From Tubiluchus corallicola (lineage: Eukaryota; Animalia; Priapulida), in the NCBI GenBank assembly GCA_030141605.1, contig JAQGDQ010001341.1, positions 1 to 46,077 of the forward strand: a DNA stretch of 46,077 nt. Reading direction: 5' to 3'. The position numbers were made by a program, and so were the translations under genes. This document shows, piece after piece, positions 37,063-46,077 of the stretch. Within the stretch, counting starts at the first letter, position 1, and every line of letters begins with the position of its first letter. The notes under the pieces were generated by a model, which was not told where the DNA came from, did not search any database, and saw nothing but the letters and a program-made list of their open reading frames with translations.

Positions 37063-37200
37063 TTTGTGCGCGATATCCCACATTGTTTGGCGCACCGGCC
37101 TTTCTTGTTTGCAGTCACCACGAACATTACGGAAGTTTCCAAAAAATTTCCATTTTCTCTAAAATTAATTAAATTTTTCCTTTTGGCTTTTTGCTAAGGT
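37063..37200 (-). promoter_or_regulatory. Probable MPI 5' UTR and housekeeping promoter
   Basis: Locally CpG-rich. ETS-type CGGAAGT at 37130-37136 and a YY1-like AAAATGGC overlapping the start codon. Confidence 0.5.
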
Positions 37201-38364
37201 TCTCCATATTATGCAACGGTGGTAATAAGAACGCGTAAAAATTGGTATTAACTGGAACAAGCAGTCTAAAGAAATAACACCTCGCTAAAGAAGCAAAATG
37301 CAAAATTCTATATTTTGTACCTTAAAAAGCTTGGAAAATTTAACGCTACAAGTGCAAGCATGCAGAGAAACTTATGTTTTATATACAATATATAAAATTA
37401 TGTCAATTTTAGATGCGAACTTTGAAAAAATCTCAAAAATAATATGAACACTTATAAAAATGCAATCACACAAAATATTTATTATAAGACTTATCTACCT
37501 GCAGTTTAACGTAATTTACTATAAAATAATCTCCTTTTAATTACGAAGACAGATAGAGGTATAACAAGTATTAAAATTTGAGAAAAATGCAGTTCCTCCA
37601 AGAACAAAACCAGAAAGGATTTTATCACATTATTTTTGTGAATTGGCCTGCTCATAATATCATGACTCTTCTGGTTTTAGGTCTCTTGTGAAACGTTTTG
37701 GTGTTTCCAATAACAGCAGTCACCTGCGTTAAAATTCATCAAATTTGTTTCGCGCATTAATGACGACCTTCTTTGCTATCTTTTAAAAGAACACTAGCCT
37801 ATGATCGCCATGAATAGAATGAAACTAGCCTGTGTATATTTGGTCAAATATAGTAAAGAGTGATCTTATGTTAAAAATGTCAAGACTACGGATCTGTTAC
37901 TGTAGTTTGATTAGCGTTCAGAACGTGGTGACCTGAAAACTGCACCGAAACTTGGTAACGAGAAGACACTTTCTAACGGAAATGCTATTGTATTGTTGGT
38001 GCAACATACCTTCAAGCACAAGTGTTCTGCAGTTAGGTAGACTAAATATCTACTCAGACGCACAGTTAGCAGGTCTAGTTGTCTAGATGATGGACAGGTT
38101 GTGTAGGTCTAGTCAGGGATGTACACATTTGTGTGGGGCTACTTAAACATGTATTGGTGGTCGAGCAAGAGATGGAAATGTCCATCTAGGACTTCATAGA
38201 CGGACAAGTCTCAGGTCCACGTAGACCTTAACCCACAGATCTGTAAGATGACTTGTCTGTGTGGTCTAGCCAGAAGTGGACATGTCTGTGTGATTCTGGA
38301 AAGAGACGGACATACCTGTATGGGCTTAGTCAGAGACGGACATATCTCTGCGCACTGTGAAATG

Positions 38365-38407
38365 GTGTGTGTGTGTGTGTGTGTGTGTGCGTGCGTGCGT
38401 GCGTGTG
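38365..38407. repeat. (GT)n(GCGT)n microsatellite
   Basis: Directly visible. Confidence 0.95.
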
Positions 38408-39200
38408 TTGTTGTGCAGCCAACAATGTTAACCAAGCAACACTGAAAAACAGAACAAATTAGACGATAAGGTTGTAACTTGTCGAGCCAAAATGCAACAC
38501 ATAAATTTTACGGGCGTATGGTGAAAAAATAATTCACCGATCTTGTTGGAACTGCATCCGTTACGGAGGCTTGCGAAAAGATGCTTACTCGCAAATTTTC
38601 AGCCTCATTTGATGTTGGGGAAACACGTCTTTGCAACATTAAGCATAATAAAAAATAATAATTAGAAAAATCATTATGCTGTCACATTGTACAAAGTACA
38701 CTGCAGAAAATGAACTTTTTTGGTTCTAAGAATTTAATATCATCACATAGTTTATAATGGGGAAACACAAAATCGTGTCGTGAACGCGAAGCACGTGACA
38801 CCAAGAAAGTTTTTGATTGGCCCTGAGGATTTGGCGAGTCGGAGAGTTTTTTTTCTAGTTTTACAGACGAGATGATGGAGAATGTTCATTTTTTCTGTCT
38901 TTGCTATATTTTGTCAATTTTGCGATTATATGTGTATAATAAACAATTGTAGCTTTTTCAAACCATCTGCTGAAAGTGCCAGTGATCGTTCTTCCGTGTT
39001 TGTGGACTGTTGAAATCGGGCGGTTTCCGGTAAATCATGTTCCCAACATTGTGGCACAAAACGTTTGCATGAGAAAATCTTGAAAACCACTTTGATAGAC
39101 AAAGTTCTAAAATGATCTAAAAATTGTAGCAAGTTGACATGATGAGATTCCAATACCGAGCTGGTTAGCTGTGTTTACTGGTTTAACACCCCCCCCCCCC

Positions 39201-39814
39201 CGGACGCAGATTAAGCACGTGCTTAGGGCGCCAAGGCTCAGGGGGCACCAAGCTCGCAAAAAATTGAAGACAGACAAACTTTTAATGAAGTATCTTAAAG
39301 ACTATAAAAGTCTTTCACAGTTTAATAAAATGTAAGGTTTGGACTTGCAGGAGAATGAGGCACATCGGCTGCGTTGTTTTTCATATCATTACGTAGCACC
39401 ATAGTAGGGTCTTCACCTTTTAGGTTAATGCTTCACTTGTCATATCAAGTTGAGAACACTGTAGTCACAACAAATGCATCAGCTATTAGCCAAGGTCCTG
39501 GCAGTTTAACGATCAATGGCTCTTGCAGTGGGGTCATTTTATTGTCCTGTTTAATACCACTCTGGGTTTTTACTGTTGAGATCATGCGTTCTTTTTATAG
39601 CTAGTTTATTTAATTGGAATTTCATTTTCGAATTCAATAAAGAATTTAGGTGGTAGAAATCTTCTACCGAGGAATGGAGTTTTTTCAAAATTATGTTACG
39701 TACTAATAATTGGTAATAATAAGCATAATACGTATGCTTTGAGCCGTGAAGAGAGCCGGAGCACCAGGTGCCGGAGACGTGCTTAGGGCACCAACATCCT
39801 CTCATCCAGCCCTT
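39201..39814. mobile_element. Degenerate hAT-like non-autonomous element
   Basis: acgtgcttagggc(g/a)ccaa occurs near both ends, which are GC-rich. No TSD resolved. Confidence 0.45.
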
Positions 39815-40140
39815 GCTGTGATCCCAATATTCAATGAAGCCGTAAGTCTCCTCATAATAAGCGGCTTCCTACAACATCATTCGTGAAAAACGTTATTTCA
39901 CTTCGCCATATTCTATATTAATATTGTATATAGTATATATATATTCGTACATTAATTTTTTCTAACCGTCATTTTCTACTAATGTCTAATGTAATCTTGT
40001 AGTAAAACTTGTCAGCTTGTGTAGTTATAGTCTATTCTTACTGTAAATCTTTTTGTAAATAGTGTATAAAGTCTGTTGTGGTGAGGATCCTAAATCATGT
40101 TGTTCAAACTGTCTGATCCAATCCTATAATAAATTATGTT

Positions 40141-40418
<278 letters not shown>

Positions 40419-40738
40419 ATTTATATACCTTAAATTAAAGTAAAAAGTGAAGCTCTTTGATCAGATTACATAAACGGTTGCGAAACAACATTATCATTAT
40501 CCTTTAAAAGCTGAGAGAAACATCAAATGACTAATGATGCTTCTTGATGCAGTTATATCTTATTTCATTTGCGTATCGATGTCTTACCATAACATATCCA
40601 ATCCATTAAAGTGTAAGTTTTCTATGAATTGACTTGTCTGTAGTAACGTGATATGATGCACTGCAGTCAGCCATTTGTGTGTGAGCAACATGATGAACTT
40701 TAGGATGCAATGATTGATTTTATAGGGTAGTTTCTTAA

Positions 40739-41300
40739 AGCAAAACAGAACGATTATTCGTTCTGTTTTTGAAGAATTTTGAAGTACGGTAAAATGTATA
40801 TGTTTTAACACATGCATAGTGCCAAAGCGTTTCTGATCATTAAATAATAGTTTAAAGCTTAATTAACGGCGGGTAAGCCCAGGTACTGATGACGTCACAA
40901 ACGAACATAATTTCTAACAGCATAAACATTCCATGAGCGTGATGCGAAAGCGAAAATTTAACTACAGTGCTCATACAACATTCAGTGTAATATACAAAAA
41001 CTCGGTAAATTTTAAGATAAAAATTGGAATTTTAAATTTACCGCTGTGCTCACACATGAGCTCTGGAAAGTGTGTACTATACGTCACAAACGAACACCTC
41101 TGAACTGGGAGGTACAGCACCATTTTTTCATGTAACGCATTCCCGAAATGCGAATAACAGCGAAGAACTAGCCGCGGGAACACGAAATGACGTTTGTAGT
41201 AATGATTCGTTCACGTAAGTCATTCTTTAAAAAATAGTTTGTTCCCATTCAACATTTTAAAGAGAAGATTAGTTTGACTTACAGTTTAGGATTGGGTCAA
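40739..41300 (-). mobile_element. Kolobok-type MITE, old inverted copy
   Basis: aattaacggcgggtaagccc..tgatgacgtcacaaacgaacataattt is the reverse complement of the family core. TTAA|AG at the end. Confidence 0.7.
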
Positions 41301-41559
41301 TTTTTATTTAAGCATTTGCCCAGAGCCTGTTTATTGCACGGTTGAGATAATATAGTAGGCGTGCCCAATAACATTTATAATAAGGAATGACCTTGTTTTT
41401 ATGTCAATTCGCTGGACAGCCGGACCTTGGTCAAGTGTGTTTAGCGTTTAGAATGTGATGACTTGAAAAGAGCACTGAAACGGGAGGTCATTATTGCCTT
41501 CTTCAAAGATTAAAATAGATATAACGCTATTATTATATTAAAAATATATTATTATCATA

Positions 41560-41738
41560 TTATGTTATGTTATGTTACGTTACGTTACATTATGTAATGT
41601 TGTCTTGTGTTGTGTTATGTTACGTTACGTTATGTTTCGTTACATTACGTTACGTTACATTATGTAATGTTGTCTTGTGTTGTGTTATGTTACGTTACGT
41701 TACGTTACGTTACGTTACGTTACATTGCGTTATGTTAT
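41560..41738. repeat. (GTTAC/GTTAT)n pentanucleotide repeat
   Basis: Directly visible. Confidence 0.95.
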
Positions 41739-41770
41739 TTTTATTAGTCTATTATAATATCAAAATGGTA

Positions 41771-42127
41771 TTAACTCTAACCCTAACCTTAATCCAACCC
41801 TAACCCTAACCCAACCCTAACCCTAACCCTGTCCTAACCCTAACCTATCCCCAACCCTAACCCTAACACTAACTCTAACACAACCCTAACCCTAACCCTA
41901 ACCTCAACCCTAACCCTAACTCTAACCCTAACCTCAACCCTAACCCTAACTCTAACCCTAACCGTAACACTAACTCTAACACAACCCTAACCCTACCCTG
42001 ACCCAACCCTAACCCCAACCCAGTCCTCACCCAACCTTAACCCTAACCCTAACACTAACTCTAACACAGCGCTCACCCCAACCCTAATCCAACCCTAACC
42101 CCAACCCTAACCCACATCCTAATCCTA
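41771..42127. repeat. Degenerate (TAACCC)n interstitial telomere-like tract
   Basis: ~350 bp of CCCTAA with variants (ctctaa, cactaa, ccccaa). Confidence 0.95.
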
Positions 42128-42572
42128 GTCCGCTTCACGTACTAATCTCTTACGTGTGGGAAGTTTTAAACTTTAGCCTTAATTTGTATTAATCTTTGCT
42201 TCAAAAAAGCACCCCTTCCCCCCCACCTGGGTAATCTCTATGCAGTATGAACAAAATATCGGGCATTTGTTTGCTTGTAAAACGCACAATGTAATTTACA
42301 ATCTGTTTTATTTTCCATTAGGTTTTATGCTCTGCGGTTTATACGGTTTAATAGTTTGATGATGGATTATATTACGTGATGGTAAATCCGTGACGTGTTA
42401 TTTTATTACGTTAAGGGAAACTTGGCATAATCAGAACTTGTAGGAAACCAGACACAATCTTAAGCTATAACTCAAATCAATCTCACCTACAAAATATTAA
42501 AATGGCACATACTATTTTTTTTCAAGGATTTACTTCACAATCTACTGTCTTTTTTTCTACTATTTCCACTAA

Positions 42573-42759
42573 CTCATCATTCTTCCTGTCCTGTGTGATC
42601 TAACCTTTCTCCCAGTTCTTTTTTTGTTCACTCATCCATTCTTCCTGTCCTGTGTGATCTAACCTTTCTCCCAGTTCTTTTTTTGTTCACTCATCCATTC
42701 TTCCTGTCCTGTGTGATCTAACCTTTCTCCCAGTTCTTTTTGTTCACTCATCCATTCTT
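42573..42759. repeat. ~59-bp unit, 3 copies
   Basis: cactcatccattcttcctgtcctgtgtgatctaacctttctcccagttc(t)ngtt. Confidence 0.95.
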
Positions 42760-42900
42760 TTTTTATCGGATTCACATGACAGTGGGCTTATACAAGCCTT
42801 TGCTTCTTTAGCCCACTGCAGTACAATTATTCTTTTATGATAACGATGGTGTATGACACATAATAATTTATTACAGTAACAATTTTGATGTCACCATGAA

Positions 42901-43428
42901 TTGTTGTTGTTGGCATCCTTCTGTCTCGGAAGACAATGGAGTGTGCGCCAAGAGAGTCAGTTATTGATCACATTGATGGAGCTGCAGCGTCGACTGTGGC
43001 TGAGCAATCTGATCCTTGAACCACTGGAGTGCCCTCTCCAGGTCGCACGCCTGAGCAAAGTGTATGGAGATCCTGAGTTGCCCAGACAACAGGAACTCCC
43101 TCTCTTCCTCCCCGGTGTAGTCCAAAGGAAAGCGGAGCGATACGTTTGGCACCAGGTTGGCTGCAGGAGCTGCCGGAGTCAGTGAGCATGCTGCACTGGT
43201 CCGCCTTCGGGGCTCCACTCCTGATTTGGAAAGTTTACTCCTCTACACATGGCTGTTGTGTCACTTGACCTCCTCCGCCCTCTAGCCGTTGGCTGCTTGT
43301 GTCTCCTCCGCCTAGTGTCGAGATACAGTGTGCGCATCCCACAAGCCTACAGCACCTAGTATGCCTAGGCAGTCACCCATCCAAGTACTAACCAGGTGTT
43401 TTCAACGTGATATGGCCGTAGACCATAT
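42901..43428 (-). mobile_element. 5S rRNA-headed SINE (SINE3) with bipartite RTE body and (CAA)n tail
   Basis: 5S head at 43423-43343. RTE 5'-UTR-like block CAGGAGTGGAGCCCC...CCGGCAGCTCCTGCAGCCAA.CTGGTGCCAAACGTAT...TTTCCTTTGGAC. 3' end GTCTTCCGAGACAGAAGGATGC(CAA)4. TSD ATGTCACCATG(A/T)A at 42888-42900 and 43429-43441. Confidence 0.85.
43343..43423 (-). pseudogene. 5S rRNA-derived segment with ~39-nt internal deletion (SINE head)
   Basis: GTCTACGGCCATATCACGTTGAAAACACC^TGGTTAGTACTTGGATGGGTGACTGCCTAGGCATACTAGGTGCTGTAGGCTT. Both 5S ends are present, and roughly +30 to +68 is missing. Confidence 0.93.
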
Positions 43429-43519
43429 ATGTCACCATGTATTACACGTCATTATATTGTACTGAATGTGATAATAATAAAAACTTCAAACTTCAAACTT
43501 CAAGGATGAATTGCGTAAA

Positions 43520-43976
43520 ATAATTATTACCACAAAAAAGTAATTTCTTGTTCGCGCGGTTGCTACATGCATTTCGCCATTCGCTAGTTAGATGGGCACA
43601 AGTGCCCGCATCTCGGATACGGATTGAACAAAAAACAAGTGCCATACATCTCAGTCCAGAAGTGTTCTGTTGTGACGCAGTGATCACGTAGACTTGAAAA
43701 ATGAATTTTAAATTTAAAATTTGGTCATCATACTGCATATCTTACAATGGCACTGTACGCTTTTCGCTTTAGCAAACACGATCATGAAATGTTATTAGTG
43801 TCGAAAATTATGTTAGTTTGTGATGTCATCACCGATGGGCTCGCCTGCCGTTAATTAAGTTTTTAGCTTATTATTTACTTATCAGAAATGCTTTGGCAAT
43901 ATTACAGTTGTTAAAATGTATTCTTTCTACCATACTTCGAGATGGGACAGGATATGAAAAATCGTCCTGCTTTCCT
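43520..43976 (+). mobile_element. Kolobok-type MITE, partial copy
   Basis: aaaattatgttagtttgtgatgtcatc core. Ends gaaaaatcgtcctgctttcct|TTAA. Confidence 0.8.
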
Positions 43977-44160
43977 TTAATGACAGCACCTAGTTAGTAC
44001 ATATAGTCGCGGCTGGTGACAAGACCGGGACCTAACTTATCAAAAGGACAATCTTATGCTATGATCCACTGAACCAACAGAGGCATGTTATTCACTTTCG
44101 ATTGAATGAAGATTTACTCCTTTATTCAATGAGGTAGTTATATTGCGGGGGTAGCATCGG

Positions 44161-44392
44161 ACATGGAATATTATATTCATCACACTATAATATCCTAATG
44201 TATACCTTCTTTAACACATGGGACATAGACTATTATATTTAGCACACTATAATTGACTAATATATACCTATTTTAATACATGGGGTTATGGAATATTATA
44301 TTCACCACACTACAATATCCTAATATATACTTATTTTAATACATGGGTTATGGAATATTATATTCACCACATTACACTATCCTAATATACCT
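44161..44392. repeat. ~62-bp unit, 4 diverged copies
   Basis: atggaatattatattcaccacactacaatatcctaatatatac...aatacatggg. Confidence 0.85.
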
Positions 44393-44509
44393 AATTAAAT
44401 ACTTTACTTATGTTATAGGAGTGTAGCAAGCAGGAAAGGCTACTGATCGTGTGATTTTGCACGCATTCTTTAGAAATGTCCTCATTTTAGAGGTCCTCTA
44501 TAGGTTATC

Positions 44510-46077
44510 TCCTATAGAGTTACTATAATGAAATTATAAGGCTGTACCTTTCATGCCATGCTGTATGTTATTTAGTAGTGCAGTCATTATAAAGTTGTCC
44601 TCTTCTAGAGTTACTGAAATGAAACTATAAGGCTGTACTTTTCATGCCATACTGTACGGTATTTAGTAGTCTGCAGTGATTATGAAGTTGTCCTCTTCTA
44701 GAGTTACTATAATGAAATTATAAGGCTGTACGTTTCATGCCATGCTGTACGTTATTTAGTAGTTCTGCAGTTATTATGAAGTTGTCCTCTTCTAGAGTTA
44801 CTATAATGAAATTTTAAACCTATACGTTTCATGCCATGCTGTACGTTATTTAGTAGTTCTGCAGTGATTATGAAGTTGTCCTCTTCTAGAGTTACTATAA
44901 TGAAATTATAAGGCTGTACGTTTCATGCCATGCTGTACGTTATTTAGTAATCCTGCAGTGATTATGAAGTTGTCCTCTTCTAGACTTACTATAATGAAAT
45001 TATAAGCCTATACGTTTCATGCCATACTGTGCGTTATTTAGTAGTTCTGCAATCATTATGAAGTTGTCCCCTTCTAGACTTACTATAATGAAATTATAAG
45101 CCTATACGTTTCATGCCATGCTGTGCGTTATTTAGTAGTCTGCAGTGATTATGAAGTTGTCCTCTTCTAGACTTACTATAATGAAATTATAAGGCTGTAC
45201 GTTTCATGCCATGCTGTACGGTATTTAGTAGTTCTGCAGTGATTATGAAGTTGTCCTCTTCTAGAGTTACTATAATGAAATTATAAGGCTGTACGTTTCA
45301 TGCCATGCTGTACGGTATTTAGTAATCCTGCAGTGATTATAAAGGTGTCCTCTTCTAGACTTACTATAATGAAATTATAAGCCTATACGTTTCATGCCAT
45401 GCTGTACGTTATTTAGTAGTTCTGCAGTGATTATGAAGTTGTCCTCTTCTAGAGTTACTATAATGAAATTATAAGGCTGTACGTTTCATGCCATGCTGTA
45501 CGGTATTTAGTAGTCTGCAGTGATTATGAAGTTGTCCTCTTCTAGAGTTACTATAATGAAATTATAAGCCTATACGTTTCATGCCATGCTGTACGGTATT
45601 TAGTAGTTCTGCTGTGATTATAAAGTGTCCTCTTCTAGAGTTACTATAATGAAATTATAAACCTGTACTTTTCATGCCATGCTGTACGTTATTTAGTAAT
45701 CCTGCAGTGATTATGAAGTTGTCCTCTTCTAGACTTACTATAATGAAATTATAAACCTATACGTTTCATGCCATACTGTACGTTATTTAGTAATCCTGCA
45801 GTGATTATGAAGTTGTCCTCTTCTAGACTTACTATAATGAAATTATAAACCTGTACGTTTCATGCCATGCTGTACGTTATTTAGTAGTCTGCAGTGATTA
45901 TGAAGTTGTCCTCTTCTAGAGTTACTATAATGAAATTATAAGGCTGTACGTTTCATGCCATACTGTACGGTATTTAGTAGTCTGCAGTGATTATGAAGTG
46001 TCCTCTTCTAGAGTTACTATAATGAAATTATAAGCCTGTACGTTTCATGCCATGCTGTACGTTATTTAGTAGTGCTG
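44510..46077. repeat. Satellite array, 93-94 bp unit, more than 16 copies, runs off the window end
   Basis: gttactataatgaaattataag at 44703, 44797, 44891 and onward. Most units contain TCTAGA and CTGCAG. Confidence 0.98.

Larger units (their letters stand above)
42760..43503 (+). mobile_element. LINE (L2/Crack-like) 3' UTR hosting the SINE insertion
   Basis: Hairpin cagtgggct...agcccactg at ~42780-42819. Resumes after 43428 and ends in AATAAA plus (AAACTTC)3. Confidence 0.5.

Noticed and set aside
38450-39160. Possible hAT/ZBED transposase remnant on the minus strand
   Set aside because: Too degenerate to support by eye.
42901-43218. Three overlapping ORFs in a GC-rich patch
   Set aside because: They lie within the RTE-derived SINE body.

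Overview
AT-rich, repeat-dense animal genomic DNA, probably lophotrochozoan (inferred from the 5S rRNA type, a MetaSINE and TTAGGG-type repeats). The one clearly intact host gene is mannose-6-phosphate isomerase (MPI) on the minus strand, with 8 exons from 37062 down to about 17075. Its exon 5 carries a recent in-frame 42-bp duplication, and its 3' end is uncertain. The left arm holds a decayed ~1.45-kb reading frame resembling a toti-like dsRNA virus capsid, fused to a LINE-type 3' tail. It also holds a disrupted OTU-protease/STPR/Rep Helitron broken at its HUH motif, immediately followed by an orphan C1q-like terminal exon. The right arm has a complete, TSD-flanked SINE made of a deleted 5S rRNA head and a bipartite RTE body. 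The rest is MITEs (hAT, Tc2/pogo, piggyBac, five Kolobok-type copies), LINE ends, a MetaSINE, satellites, minisatellites and an interstitial telomere-like tract. Family assignments rest on motif recall, not database searches.
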